Assembly (NCBI GenBank): GCA_041688825.1
Contig: JBDNHM010000027.1
Coordinates: 13,052-77,051 of the forward strand
From: Burkholderiaceae bacterium
Lineage (GTDB): Bacteria > Pseudomonadota > Gammaproteobacteria > Burkholderiales > Burkholderiaceae_B
Length of the DNA: 64,000 bases
Direction: 5' to 3'
The notes beneath the pieces are model-generated. The model was not told the DNA's origin, did not search any database, and saw nothing but the letters and a program-made list of their open reading frames with translations. A program made the translations under genes and the position numbers. Shown here one piece after another: positions 1 through 10,492 of this stretch (position 1 is its first letter; the number at the start of each line of letters is the position of its first letter).

Positions 1-299
1 CTGAGGGTTTTAATGGCTCAACCAGCCCAAATACCCTTTTGTACCAAGTGGGTGCCGAACAAGATCTAGGTGAAGCCTTAGCGCGCTTAGCGCCCTTGGC
101 CCATGCTGATATGCAAGCAGGTCAGTTCGCGGCGGCACTGTCACGGTTGGCTTCATTGCGCAACCCGGTTGATACGTTTTTTGACGACGTCATGGTGATG
201 GTTGATGACCCAACTATTCGTCAGAACCGTCTTGCATTATTGAGTGCATTGCATCGCGTCATGAATCAAGTGGCTGACATCTCAAAACTTTCGGCCTAA
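1..299 (+). CDS. glyS: Glycine--tRNA ligase beta subunit, 3' end only (gene begins upstream of window)
   Basis: The frame is open from the window edge (nt 3) to TAA at 297-299. The tail ...RQNRLALLSALHRVMNQVADISKL resembles the conserved GlyS C-terminus. gmhB follows, as in many beta-proteobacteria. Confidence 0.8.
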   Translation, partial: EGFNGSTSPNTLLYQVGAEQDLGEALARLAPLAHADMQAGQFAAALSRLASLRNPVDTFFDDVMVMVDDPTIRQNRLALLSALHRVMNQVADISKLSA

Positions 300-324
300 A
301 AACGATAAAACCAATCAAACTCTC

Positions 325-867
325 ATGAAACTGATTATTCTTGACCGTGACGGCGTCATCAACCACGACAGCCCAGATTACATTAAAACCCCTGACGAAT
401 GGCACCCCATTGCGGGCAGCCTTGAAGCGATTGCACGCTTTCATCAAGCGGGCTGGAAGGTCGTTGTGGCTTCAAATCAATCGGGCTTGGCACGCCGTTA
501 CTTTGATGCCCCTGCTCTCACAAAAATTCATAATAAAATTCGCGAGTCACTCGCTAGTTTGGGCGGGGCAATTGATGCTTTTTTTATTTGCCCACACGGC
601 CCCGATGATCATTGCAATTGTCGCAAACCTAAACCAGGCCTATTTCACGACATTGCGCAACGCTTTGATATTGACTTAGAAGGGGTACCTGCAGTGGGTG
701 ATTCCTTACGCGACTTGCAAGCGTCACACGCATTAGGCTGTCAGCCCTGGCTGGTTGAAACCGGCAACGGTATCAAAACACGCTCACAAGGCGGCTTACC
801 CGAGCACGTGATGTTTGCAAGCAACTTAGGCAGCGTAGCTGATCAACTACTCACGTTAAAGACCTAA
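325..867 (+). CDS. gmhB: D-glycero-beta-D-manno-heptose-1,7-bisphosphate 7-phosphatase (HAD superfamily)
   Basis: HAD motif I DRDGVIN, SNQSG, the Zn-finger-like CPHGPDDHCNCRKPKPG and GDSLRD are all present. The length (180 aa) is typical. Confidence 0.85.
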   Translation: MKLIILDRDGVINHDSPDYIKTPDEWHPIAGSLEAIARFHQAGWKVVVASNQSGLARRYFDAPALTKIHNKIRESLASLGGAIDAFFICPHGPDDHCNCRKPKPGLFHDIAQRFDIDLEGVPAVGDSLRDLQASHALGCQPWLVETGNGIKTRSQGGLPEHVMFASNLGSVADQLLTLKT

Positions 868-871
868 CGCC

Positions 872-1606
872 ATGATGACTGGGCTTCGCGCAACGCTTTA
901 TTATCTCTTCCTAATTATTACAGTCATACCCTATGCGTTGTTATGCATAGTGTGGTCGCCCCTGCCTTTGCATACTCGCTATAAATTAACGGTAGGCTGG
1001 CCACGAATGGCTGTTTGGGGTGCACGCTTTTTTTGTGGTCTTCGCTGGCAAGTTCAAGGTTGGGAAAACTTTCCTGATGGGCCTGCCATTATTTTGTCGA
1101 AACACCAGTCAGCCTGGGAAACTTTATTTTTAACTAGCCACCTGCCACGTCAAATTTGTTTTGTGTATAAAAAAGAGCTTCATTTAGTGCCGTTTTTTGG
1201 TTGGGGTTTGGCGTTATTACGCATGATTCCAATTGATCGCGCCAAAGGTCGTGAAGCGTTTGAACAAGTGGTGCAAATAGGTCAACAGCGTTTAGACGAG
1301 GGTCGTTGGCCCTTATTATTTCCAGAGGGTACACGCATCGCCCCGGGCAAAATGGGGCGATTTAAAATGGGTGGTGCTTTGCTTGCTATTCGCACTGGCA
1401 CACCGATCATACCCATCGCTCACAACGCCGGTGAATGCTGGCCACGTAACAGCTTTTTGAAAAAAAGTGGCTTAATCACTGTTTCGATTGGGGCACCCAT
1501 ATCACCTGAAGGGCTTACCCCTGAAGCCGTTAACCAAAAAGTACACGACTGGATATCTGCTGAAATGCAGCGTCTCAACCCTGAACGCTACAGCCCTAAG
1601 TCATGA
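872..1606 (+). CDS. plsC: 1-acyl-sn-glycerol-3-phosphate acyltransferase
   Basis: N-terminal TM helix, acyltransferase block KHQSAWE (HX4D/E-type) and FPEGTR motif. The position after gmhB fits. Confidence 0.8.
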   Translation: MMTGLRATLYYLFLIITVIPYALLCIVWSPLPLHTRYKLTVGWPRMAVWGARFFCGLRWQVQGWENFPDGPAIILSKHQSAWETLFLTSHLPRQICFVYKKELHLVPFFGWGLALLRMIPIDRAKGREAFEQVVQIGQQRLDEGRWPLLFPEGTRIAPGKMGRFKMGGALLAIRTGTPIIPIAHNAGECWPRNSFLKKSGLITVSIGAPISPEGLTPEAVNQKVHDWISAEMQRLNPERYSPKS

Positions 1607-2451
1607 GCGAGCAGCTCTCACTTTTGCTAGATGTCAGCACCGAGGCTGTGGCCTCACTCACCCCTGCACCCTCTCAAATCGCAACGGGCAGTAAGTGGCG
1701 TGAAATCAATCACCAAGGCATACAAATCGGTTTTGTGTTGACCCGATCGCGTCGGCGCTCAATTGGTTTTATGGTGGGCGAAGAAGGCTTACGTATTGCG
1801 GCACCCAGTTGGGTCACATTAACGCAAATTGATGCAGCGATTATTGAAAAAATGCCTTGGGTGCTTAACAAACTTAAAGCCATGCATGAACGTCGCACCC
1901 GCTTAACTTTGGCGACAAAGAGTTGGCAACCTGGTGGTGCCATTCCCTACCTTGCTAAACACATCACGTTGCAATGCGGTCCTGGTGCAAACCTCAGTAA
2001 TCGCGGAAAAGTTTCTTTTGAAGGCAACGCATTGCAACCTGAATCAGGTCAAACGTTATGGTTACCTATTCCTGCAGACAGCGATTCATCGCGCATACGT
2101 GAGGTTGCACAAAGCTGGTTGCAACAACAAGCAAAACACTGGTTTGGTTTACGTATTTCACATTTTCAAGCGCAAACAGGGTTGACCATTAAGTCTTGGC
2201 GCCTCTCAAATGCCCTTGGTCGATGGGGTTCTTGCACGAGCGACCGGGTAATTGCGTTAAATTGGCGTTTAATACACTTTTCACCCAGCGCAATTGACTA
2301 CGTTATTGCCCATGAAATGGCGCATCTCAGAGAACTTAACCATAGCCAAGACTTTTGGGCCGAAGTAAAAGCCATTTACCCTGACTATATTCAAGCACGG
2401 CAAGCGTTAAAAAAATTTTCGCCAGGCGATTTACCTGACGTTACCAATTAA
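1603..2451 (+). CDS. YgjP-like zinc metallohydrolase (DUF45/M48 superfamily)
   Basis: C-terminal [12 protein letters not shown] (HExxH) motif. ATGA overlap with plsC at 1603-1606. Confidence 0.7.
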   Translation: MSEQLSLLLDVSTEAVASLTPAPSQIATGSKWREINHQGIQIGFVLTRSRRRSIGFMVGEEGLRIAAPSWVTLTQIDAAIIEKMPWVLNKLKAMHERRTRLTLATKSWQPGGAIPYLAKHITLQCGPGANLSNRGKVSFEGNALQPESGQTLWLPIPADSDSSRIREVAQSWLQQQAKHWFGLRISHFQAQTGLTIKSWRLSNALGRWGSCTSDRVIALNWRLIHFSPSAIDYVIAHEMAHLRELNHSQDFWAEVKAIYPDYIQARQALKKFSPGDLPDVTN

Positions 2452-2461
2452 GGAGCTTTCT

Positions 2462-2851
2462 ATGCGCATTTTGCACACGATGTTACGCGTAACTGATATT
2501 GACAAATCAATTGCTTTTTATACTGAAGTAATGGGTATGAAACTAATGCGTAAACAAGATTACCCAGCGGGTCGATTTACACTCGCTTTTGTGGGCTACC
2601 AACCCGAAACTGAAGCCGCTGTGATTGAACTGACCCACAACTGGGACACTGACGCCTACACGTTAGGCGATGCATTCGGTCATATTGCCATTCAAGTTGA
2701 CGATGCCTACGCCGCCTGCGAATCAGTCAAAAAGCGAGGCGGTTTAGTGTCTCGCGAAGCAGGCCCCATGAAAGGTGGAACCACCGTCATCGCTTTTGTT
2801 CAAGACCCTGATGGCTACAAAATTGAACTAGTCGAGCGTCGCACAACTTAA
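2462..2851 (+). CDS. gloA: Lactoylglutathione lyase (glyoxalase I)
   Basis: The 129-aa VOC-fold protein begins [28 protein letters not shown] and carries ...ELTHNW...FGHIA...DPDGYKIEL, which is typical of GloA. Confidence 0.9.
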   Translation: MRILHTMLRVTDIDKSIAFYTEVMGMKLMRKQDYPAGRFTLAFVGYQPETEAAVIELTHNWDTDAYTLGDAFGHIAIQVDDAYAACESVKKRGGLVSREAGPMKGGTTVIAFVQDPDGYKIELVERRTT

Positions 2852-2983
2852 TATTGATGAGGCTGCTCAAGCGGGTGCTTAAGTGCCACAGCAGCTTTGG
2901 CATTATTGTGCGGGGTGAGTGTAATGGGGTGCGTTTAATGGGCTGAGGCAGTAGGCTAAACACTGGACATTGCGGCGTGCTGT

Positions 2984-3778
2984 TTATTCTTTGCCCAATA
3001 GGCTTAAAGCGTCAGCCATTTTTATAAACCCATCAATACTCACTTGCTCGGCCCGCCAAGTGGGTTCAACACCCACCTCTTGCCAAGGCATTAGCTTGGC
3101 CCATGCACCTAAGGCACCCCGCAACATTTTACGACGTTGTGCAAATGCCTTGAGCACGACCGCAGCAAAAAGCTGATCATTTTTTGCACGCGCTCTTGCT
3201 GACGGCAAAGGTATCATACGAATAATTGAAGACACCACACGCGGGGGTGGGTCAAAAGCCTCAGGGCTCACATCAAATAATTTTTCAACTGCATATCGAT
3301 ATTGCAGCATGACCGACAAACGACTGTAATGCGTGGTGTCAGGTGCGGCAACAATACGATCAACCACCTCTCGCTGCAGCATGAAATGTTGGTCAACGAT
3401 ATGGTCTGCATGCTCTGCACAGGCAAACATCATCGGTGATGAAATATTGTAGGGTAAGTTACCCACAATTCTTATGGGCTGGCCAAGATCTTTTGCGAGC
3501 GCTGAAAAATCAACCCTAAGCGCATCTTGTTCAATGATGGTGAGTCGTTCTGGTTTAAAACGATGGGCCAAACGGGCTGCTAAATCACGATCAATTTCTA
3601 TCACATTTAGATGATTAATACGGTCTAAGATTGGAATAGTCAACGCACCAAGACCCGGTCCAATTTCAAATAAATGGTCAGTCTGCACCGGGGCAATAGC
3701 CCGAACAATTGATTCAATCACAGCGGCATCAATCAAAAAATTTTGACCGAACCGCTTTCGAGCAGTATGGTGCGCCAC
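2984..3778 (-). CDS. rsmA: 16S rRNA (adenine1518/1519-N6)-dimethyltransferase
   Basis: FGQNFL, SAM-binding [10 protein letters not shown] and GNLPYNISS motifs. Located directly downstream of surA. Confidence 0.9.
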   Translation of the reverse strand: MAHHTARKRFGQNFLIDAAVIESIVRAIAPVQTDHLFEIGPGLGALTIPILDRINHLNVIEIDRDLAARLAHRFKPERLTIIEQDALRVDFSALAKDLGQPIRIVGNLPYNISSPMMFACAEHADHIVDQHFMLQREVVDRIVAAPDTTHYSRLSVMLQYRYAVEKLFDVSPEAFDPPPRVVSSIIRMIPLPSARARAKNDQLFAAVVLKAFAQRRKMLRGALGAWAKLMPWQEVGVEPTWRAEQVSIDGFIKMADALSLLGKE

Positions 3779-3797
3779 GCGTTATTGCCCTAAAACA

Positions 3798-5351
3798 CTA
3801 TTGTTGAAGATCTGGGTTCAAACGTTTCATGCGGTCATCAATATAGCTTTGATTTTTGACCTGCTGCAACCAGGCTTCAAAGGCTGCTGCAGCTCGCCTT
3901 TCAAACAATGCTTGACGTGCAACGTTTCGTTGATACTGATCTGCCATGTCTTTGGTACGACGCTCTTCGACCTGAATCAAATGCCAGCCAAATTGAGATT
4001 GAACAGGCTCGCTAATATCACCTACTGCCAAGGCATTCATTGCGCGCTCAAAAGGCGGCACGGTCTCGCCGGGGTTTAACCACCCCAGCTCACCACCCGA
4101 AGGGGCTGAAGCATCTTCAGACACACGAATAGCCACATCAGCAAAATTTTGACCGCCTTGGGTCAAACGTTGACGGGCTTCTTCAATACGTTGTTTAGCG
4201 CGTTCATAGCTCACAATTGGAGAGGTCTTGATCAAAATATGACGGGCTTTCGTTTGCTCAACCATCATTGGGCCAACAGGGCCTGCTGAATTAGCGGGTG
4301 CAGTGGATTCTGGTGGGGGTGCAGGGGCTTGCGCTGGCTTGGGCGGTGGGCCACCAGCACGACCCATTAGTTTTAAAATATGAAAACCTGCTGGGCTTTT
4401 AATAATCGGGCTCACTTGACCTGGTTGCAAATCAACGACTGTTTTCTCAAATAAAGCAGGCCAGTCTTTGGCAGGCCTCACCCCCATGTCGCCACCTTGA
4501 GACGCTTCAACGCCTTGCGAAGAAGCAATCGCAACTTTATCAAAGCTTTCTTTTGACAACTGGGCTCTGAGTTGAATCATTTTTTTACGTAACGCTTCAA
4601 CTTCACTAGGTGAAGCCGCCTCGGGCACTCTAATAAAAATTTGTGCAATGCCTAAAATTAATGGTTGTACTGGTTGAGCACGTGGCGGTGGCTGTGGCTT
4701 TGGCTGCGGTGGTGGTGGCGGCTTTGGTGGCTCTAGGCCACTGGCTTTGCGGGCTGTTTGCTCTTGTAAGTATGCATCAATTTCAGCGTCGCTGATCATC
4801 ATGGTCGTTTCAGCCATGCGTGAACGCATGCGATCAAACAAAATATCGCGACCGATTTTGGCGCGAAATTCTTCCCATGCTAAACCTAAAGATTCGACTT
4901 GTTTGCGTATTTGTGACACGTCTAAATTATTGCGCCTAGCAATTTCTGCAATAGAACTATCGACATCACTTTTTTTAACCACAACTTTCATACGCTTTGC
5001 TTCTTGCTCAACCAATCGCTCGGCAATCAGTTGTTCAAGTGCAACCTGCATTAAGCTTGTAGCCGTTGGCATGGGTGCACCGCGACTTTTTAAATCATTT
5101 GTAATAAAGGCAATTCGTTCATTAACTTGCAGCTGTGTAATGACATCTTTATTGACAACTGCAGCAATTTTGTCAGCACCAATTGTTTTGTTTGATGCAT
5201 TGTTTTTGGCTGCAATGTCAGCTGGCGTGGGCGCTATGGGTTTACCCAACTGGGCCCAAGCAAGTGATGAACCAAACATGATAGTGATACAAGACACAAC
5301 AAACCAACGTTTGAGTTGATTAAGTGTGAATTGATGAACAAAAACTGACAT
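3798..5351 (-). CDS. surA: Periplasmic chaperone / peptidyl-prolyl isomerase SurA
   Basis: Signal peptide, SurA N-domain and two parvulin domains (GFHILKL and GWHLIQV). TAATG overlap with the lptD stop at 5351. Contains two proline-rich inserts. Confidence 0.85.
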   Translation of the reverse strand: MSVFVHQFTLNQLKRWFVVSCITIMFGSSLAWAQLGKPIAPTPADIAAKNNASNKTIGADKIAAVVNKDVITQLQVNERIAFITNDLKSRGAPMPTATSLMQVALEQLIAERLVEQEAKRMKVVVKKSDVDSSIAEIARRNNLDVSQIRKQVESLGLAWEEFRAKIGRDILFDRMRSRMAETTMMISDAEIDAYLQEQTARKASGLEPPKPPPPPQPKPQPPPRAQPVQPLILGIAQIFIRVPEAASPSEVEALRKKMIQLRAQLSKESFDKVAIASSQGVEASQGGDMGVRPAKDWPALFEKTVVDLQPGQVSPIIKSPAGFHILKLMGRAGGPPPKPAQAPAPPPESTAPANSAGPVGPMMVEQTKARHILIKTSPIVSYERAKQRIEEARQRLTQGGQNFADVAIRVSEDASAPSGGELGWLNPGETVPPFERAMNALAVGDISEPVQSQFGWHLIQVEERRTKDMADQYQRNVARQALFERRAAAAFEAWLQQVKNQSYIDDRMKRLNPDLQQ

Positions 5352-7744
5352 TATTCGTACCTTTGATATTTTCCGACAGACGGAACAGGGTTTGTAATAT
5401 TCTCAAAATTAGGAATACTGCTACCCAAAAGACCCATCGCGTTTTGCCCTAACTGACCCAGCCCAGACAACTCTAATTGAAAGAAGATAGCATTATTTAC
5501 TTGGGTTGGGTCAATCGCATAACTTTGGTAGACCACACGCGCTGTCCAACAGCAATCGCCTTTGTACTCGATGCCAGCAATGGCTTGTGTAACACGCGGA
5601 ACCACTTGTAAATTTGGGTTACTTAATAAAGAGTAATCAACTCGACCCACTGCATATACTTTTTTCGTCAAGGGCCATTGAAAACTAACACTTACTTGTT
5701 CCTGACCTTGTGGTTGATAAAGGCCTGTTGGTTGGCGCTGATAGCGGTATGATGCTGAAATTGAAGCGGCCCGTTTAGGGTTCCAGCGCAGGCCCACTTG
5801 AGTACGATCCCACATTTGATCATAGGGGTTATATTGCAAACTTAAGCCTGTTGTTAGCGTATTAGTTAACGCGGCACTGGCACCAATTAAAAATTCAGAT
5901 TTAACGTTTGTGCGGGGCACTTCACCCGGCAAGGTAACTTTTTGATCTTCGAAATAAATTTGCTGGCCTACCGCTACAGACATACGCTCAAAACCAGTTT
6001 CTTCGTCAAGCATACGCGAACCTAATGCAAGCGTGACTTGATTCGCGTTGGCAATACGATCGCCGCCACCCGTATAAATATTTTCTTGAAACGCACGTGA
6101 AAAACTAAAGTCGGCCAGTGTGGTGTCGTAGACCGGTAAATTTGATTGGTCACGATACGGCACGTTCAAGTAATAAATACGTGGCTCAAGTGTTTGAATA
6201 GAATTGCTACCAAAAAACGAGGCGCTACGTTCAAATGTCATACCGGCATCAAGCGACATAATGGGTAAAACACGCTCGTTAGTTGGCACCCGCCCGCCCA
6301 AACCCGTTGCTTGATACCAATTGGTGTCATACCGCGTGACATTCACGCCTACTTTAGGGGTAATGTACCAACCCGGTTGCACAATTGGCATGGCAACGCT
6401 GGTATATGAAGAATACCGTTGACCATCTTGACCTTGACGCTGGCCATTTCGCGTTAATGGCATTTCAAAAGAGGTGGCTGCGTTTTGAGTAACCACATCA
6501 AAACCCTTAACGTTATAACGTGCGCCATTGAGCGCGACGCTAGGTAACAGGTTGTACTGTGGCCGAATCGGTGCAGACTCAGTTTGCAAGGTTTGGTATG
6601 TTGCCACCGTGACACTTGATTGCCAGTATTTGTCGGCCCAACCCACCACACCTGTTTTTGGTAAATAAGTGGTTGAAGCTTGATTAACCGCCAAAATAGA
6701 AAAATCTTTAAAGTAATTGTCGTCAGACACACCATTTAAATTTAACGACCCATAAAAGCCTTTACCAAAGCTTTGTGCGTGCTGAACTGAGTATAGCCAA
6801 CGATCAGTGCCGGTTTGTGTATCGTTACTTAAGTAAGTACCCCCATAGGTGCCAGCGTAGCTTTCACCTAAGTACCGAAACTCGCCACCCAACTGCACGC
6901 CGCGTTTGCTCATTGAACGCGTTTGCACCGTCGCGTCGTAATCAGGTGCAATATTGATGTAGTAAGGCAGGGTAAAGTCAAAACCCGTTTGGCTGGTTGA
7001 CGCAAAAGTCGGTATTAAAAAACCTGACTTTCGTTCTTTTTTGAGTGGAAAAGTTAAGTATGGTGATGCCAATATAGGAAAGTCTTTAAAGTACAGCACT
7101 GCATTTCTGGCCACACCCTCGTTGGCATCAAAATCAAGATCAAGTTTTTTAGATTCAATATACCAAGCGGGAGCTGGGCAAGGGCAGCCACTGTATGTCA
7201 TATCATGCACAGTCATGGTTGAACGGCTGGTGATTTCGGCTTTTGAGCCCACCCCTGCACCCCCGCTTTCAAGCCAAAAGTTAGGCTGCTGAACCTGGCC
7301 GGTTTCTTTATCTGTGGTGTACGTTAACGAAGGCCCTACAACGATGTTACCGTCTCTTATCAGGCGAGCGTTACCTTGAGCATTCATCACGCTTGTACCC
7401 TTGTTGTAACGAATAAAGCCCGCCTTTAACACTGAGTCGGCTCGACGTACTGAGGCATTTTTTTCTAAAGTAATGTTGTCTTTATCGTCGGCAGTGATTG
7501 ATTGAGTAGCTTGCAAATAAGAAGGCATTTGCTTGTCTGAAATAGGGGGGGTGGTAATACGGTTTGAGTTGCGCAGGCCATTTACAATCACGACACCAAT
7601 AACAGGGTCTTTTTCTTGAGCAGTCGCAACGACCCCGAAAACCGAAGTTATCGAATAAGCTGCCAGCAATATCAGACCTTTCGTTACACCCACACGTGGC
7701 AACCCATTTTTAAACACCCATTCGCAAAAGTATATTAGCTTCAC
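5351..7744 (-). CDS. lptD: LPS-assembly outer-membrane protein LptD
   Basis: 797-aa beta-barrel protein with a signal peptide and a C-terminal aromatic end (...KYQRYE). Classical lptD-surA-rsmA order. Confidence 0.9.
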   Translation of the reverse strand: MKLIYFCEWVFKNGLPRVGVTKGLILLAAYSITSVFGVVATAQEKDPVIGVVIVNGLRNSNRITTPPISDKQMPSYLQATQSITADDKDNITLEKNASVRRADSVLKAGFIRYNKGTSVMNAQGNARLIRDGNIVVGPSLTYTTDKETGQVQQPNFWLESGGAGVGSKAEITSRSTMTVHDMTYSGCPCPAPAWYIESKKLDLDFDANEGVARNAVLYFKDFPILASPYLTFPLKKERKSGFLIPTFASTSQTGFDFTLPYYINIAPDYDATVQTRSMSKRGVQLGGEFRYLGESYAGTYGGTYLSNDTQTGTDRWLYSVQHAQSFGKGFYGSLNLNGVSDDNYFKDFSILAVNQASTTYLPKTGVVGWADKYWQSSVTVATYQTLQTESAPIRPQYNLLPSVALNGARYNVKGFDVVTQNAATSFEMPLTRNGQRQGQDGQRYSSYTSVAMPIVQPGWYITPKVGVNVTRYDTNWYQATGLGGRVPTNERVLPIMSLDAGMTFERSASFFGSNSIQTLEPRIYYLNVPYRDQSNLPVYDTTLADFSFSRAFQENIYTGGGDRIANANQVTLALGSRMLDEETGFERMSVAVGQQIYFEDQKVTLPGEVPRTNVKSEFLIGASAALTNTLTTGLSLQYNPYDQMWDRTQVGLRWNPKRAASISASYRYQRQPTGLYQPQGQEQVSVSFQWPLTKKVYAVGRVDYSLLSNPNLQVVPRVTQAIAGIEYKGDCCWTARVVYQSYAIDPTQVNNAIFFQLELSGLGQLGQNAMGLLGSSIPNFENITNPVPSVGKYQRYE

Positions 7745-7794
7745 AATGCGACGCTAGACCCATTATTATAGGGATTCCGACGCCCAAGTAGTTT

Positions 7795-8874
7795 ATGGCT
7801 CCATTAGACTCAAATTTTTACCTCAATATGTCTCATTTGCCTCACGCTAACGCACGCGACCATGCCCTTTCAAGCTGGTTAGAAACCCTCACAACAGTGC
7901 ATGGTTTATTGCTTGACACGCTAACCCCCGCCTCGGGTGATGCCAGTTTTAGGCGCTACTTTCGCGTGCAAGGTGCAAAGTGTTCTTTCGTTGTGATGGA
8001 CGCTGCGCCCCCACAAGAAAACGTTAAACCTTTTATAGATATTACCCAGAGGTTGGCACAAAAAGGCTTAAATGTTCCCAAAATTGTGGCTCAAAACATT
8101 GACGCAGGGTTTTTACTACTCAGTGACTTAGGGCCCACCACTTATTATGCCCAGATTCAATCGGGCCTTGACGAGACCGCCTTAAATGCTATTTACAGCG
8201 ACGCGATTGATGCATTGGTGACCCTACAAAAAGCCGATCACCAAGGTTTAGGTCGACTTGACGCATTGCGCCTGAAACAAGAGCTCACCCTTTTTACCGA
8301 TTGGTATATCAAGGTGCACTGCAACCAAACCCTGACCGATACCGAGGCAAAACAACTAGACGCTACCTTTGATTTACTGTCTGAAGCGGGTGCCCAACAA
8401 GCCACCGTTTTGGTGCACCGAGATTTTCATTCGCCCAACTTAATGCTTAGCGAGCAACCCCAGTTTGGTGCCAACCCTGGCGTACTTGATTACCAAGACG
8501 CCTTAGAAGGCCCCATTGCGTACGACATCGCCTCGTTGGTATTTGATGCTCGCACCACCTGGGAAGAACCTCAACAGCTTGATTGGGCAATTAGGTATTG
8601 GGAAAGGGCTCGTCAACACAATTTACCTATACCCAGCGATTTTGCTGATTTTCACAAAGACTATGAATGGATCGGCTTGCAGCGTAATTTGCGCATTTTG
8701 GGTGTATTTGCGCGGCTCAACCACCGAGACCACAAGCCCAGTTACTTAGCCCATATACCTCGTGTGCTGGCCTATATTAGACAAGTTACGCAACGATATG
8801 GGGCGTTTGCACCGCTAAATCGCATACTGAATCGTTTAGAAGGCATTGAAGTCAAAGCAAGGTACACGTTTTAA
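7795..8874 (+). CDS. amgK: Anomeric MurNAc/GlcNAc kinase-like phosphotransferase (APH fold)
   Basis: Kinase motifs HRDFHSPNLM and DYQDA. Divergent from lptD and coupled (TAATG) to a MurU-like gene, as in the Pseudomonas amgK-murU locus. Confidence 0.7.
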   Translation: MAPLDSNFYLNMSHLPHANARDHALSSWLETLTTVHGLLLDTLTPASGDASFRRYFRVQGAKCSFVVMDAAPPQENVKPFIDITQRLAQKGLNVPKIVAQNIDAGFLLLSDLGPTTYYAQIQSGLDETALNAIYSDAIDALVTLQKADHQGLGRLDALRLKQELTLFTDWYIKVHCNQTLTDTEAKQLDATFDLLSEAGAQQATVLVHRDFHSPNLMLSEQPQFGANPGVLDYQDALEGPIAYDIASLVFDARTTWEEPQQLDWAIRYWERARQHNLPIPSDFADFHKDYEWIGLQRNLRILGVFARLNHRDHKPSYLAHIPRVLAYIRQVTQRYGAFAPLNRILNRLEGIEVKARYTF

Positions 8875-9644
8875 TGAAAGCTATGCTGCTTGCTGCGGGG
8901 CGTGGCACACGCATGCAGCCCCTTACCGATCACACCCCTAAACCCTTGCTTAAAGTGGGTGGTAAACCCCTCATTGTTTGGCACCTTGAACGTTTGGCGC
9001 TGGCTGGCTTTAAAGACGTAGTCATTAACCACGCTTGGCTGGGCGCCCAGATTGAATCGTCTTTAGGAAATGGTGGCCAGTGGGGGCTTAACATTCAATA
9101 TTCAGCCGAAACCGAAGCACTTGAAACAGCGGGTGGCCTAGCCAAGGCGCTGCATTTTTTAGATGAAAAACCTTTTTTGGTTATGAATGCAGACGTCTGG
9201 TGTGACTGGCAACCCGCTCGAGCGTTTCTTATTCAAAAACAACTAGAAGACAACCCCGCTCTTTTAGCATGGCTATTATTGGTAAACAACCCCAACTTTC
9301 ACGCCGGTGGCGATTTTTTCTTGCCGTTAAATGGCGTCCTATCGTGTGAACCCGTTGAACACCATGCGACGAACCAAGGTGCAGATATCAACGCGCATTT
9401 TATTGCGCATGGTGGTGTAGACAACATCGTGCCGCGCCTCACTTTTAGTGGCATTGGCATTTATAAGCCCCATCTATTTGAATCGCTTGAGCCCAACCAA
9501 CCCGCTAAGCTTGCACCGCTTCTAAAGCACGCCATGACACAACAGCGCGTTATCGGTGAAAAATACAACGGGCAATGGGTAGATGTTGGTACACCCGAGC
9601 GATTGGCAAGACTGAATCAAACAAAGCACTACACACGTTCGTGA
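8874..9644 (+). CDS. murU: N-acetylmuramate alpha-1-phosphate uridylyltransferase-like nucleotidyltransferase
   Basis: N-terminal LLAAGRGTRMQPLTDHTPKPLL sugar-nucleotidyltransferase motif. Coupled to amgK. Confidence 0.7.
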   Translation: MKAMLLAAGRGTRMQPLTDHTPKPLLKVGGKPLIVWHLERLALAGFKDVVINHAWLGAQIESSLGNGGQWGLNIQYSAETEALETAGGLAKALHFLDEKPFLVMNADVWCDWQPARAFLIQKQLEDNPALLAWLLLVNNPNFHAGGDFFLPLNGVLSCEPVEHHATNQGADINAHFIAHGGVDNIVPRLTFSGIGIYKPHLFESLEPNQPAKLAPLLKHAMTQQRVIGEKYNGQWVDVGTPERLARLNQTKHYTRS

Positions 9645-9695
9645 AGATGGCGTTATGCTAAGACTTTCACGACATAGCAAGTATTAGGAAAGTTA

Positions 9696-10427
9696 ATGGC
9701 ATTAAACCCACTTAGCACACGAAAAGCTTTTAAACCCTCGCCTTATCATTCGCACCGTAACTCCCGTGGTTTACCACGTTGGTTGATTTTGTTGGTTTTA
9801 GGCATGTTACTTGGCAGCGGGGGCGTGATTTTATTACAAGCCAGTTATGGCCCCAAACGATTAACTGTTTTAGAGTCTGAAAAACTAACTTCTGATTACA
9901 CGTCACTTCTTGTCAGAGATCAAACCCAACAAAACACGATTCTTACGCTCACAGCGCAACTTAAAAGCAGTCAAGGTGCGTCTAAACAAGCGATGCAAGA
10001 CGCGCAAACTGAAATTTTGACGCTTAAACAACAAGTTGAACCCGCTGAGCAGTCTTTAAAGATTTTTAAACGTGTCCTTGCTGCCAGTATGCGTTTTGAA
10101 CCCGTGGGCATTGCAGGCGACCAATTCACTCAGTCTAAACAAAAAACATCATTAAGTTATGAGCTGTTGTTGCTTCAAGCGACCGATGCTAAAAGTGATT
10201 TTAATGGCACGGCTGACATCACCTTTGAAGGCACATACCCTAACGGACGTGCGGGCGCCATTAAAACGTCTGCTTTGCCGCTTAAAATTGCGTCGTATCA
10301 ACTTGTACAAGGTAGTCTTGAATTTCCCCCTGGCTTTATTGCCGCAAAAGGCACCATTCGGGTGTATAAACCCGATAGCAACCGCGCACTAGGCTGGCGT
10401 ACATTTAATGTTCAACAAGTGCCCTAA
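9696..10427 (+). CDS. Hypothetical membrane-anchored protein with predicted coiled-coil segment
   Basis: Single N-terminal TM helix (WLILLVLGMLLGSGGVILL) followed by a Q/L-rich helical stretch. I recognise no catalytic motif. Confidence 0.5.
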   Translation: MALNPLSTRKAFKPSPYHSHRNSRGLPRWLILLVLGMLLGSGGVILLQASYGPKRLTVLESEKLTSDYTSLLVRDQTQQNTILTLTAQLKSSQGASKQAMQDAQTEILTLKQQVEPAEQSLKIFKRVLAASMRFEPVGIAGDQFTQSKQKTSLSYELLLLQATDAKSDFNGTADITFEGTYPNGRAGAIKTSALPLKIASYQLVQGSLEFPPGFIAAKGTIRVYKPDSNRALGWRTFNVQQVP

Positions 10428-10492
10428 AGTCGCACTGATGGCTATAACAGCCCCATTTTGTTTCATGTTGTCAATTATTTAACGGACTCATC

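Noticed and set aside
3779-3797. pdxA is absent between surA and rsmA, unlike the E. coli lptD-surA-pdxA-rsmA arrangement.
   Set aside because: The 19-nt gap shows no remnant. Gene order at this locus varies among lineages. Without comparative data this is not evidence of anything unusual.
4747-5319. 190-aa ORF on the + strand inside surA. Similar long antisense ORFs occur at 60343-60894 (inside cydC), 12220-12729 (inside the GT39 gene) and 40928-41308.
   Set aside because: Each is fully antisense to a well-supported gene. Their products are low-complexity and Ser/Arg/Ala-rich, with no recognisable motifs. This is typical of spurious ORFs opposite real coding frames.
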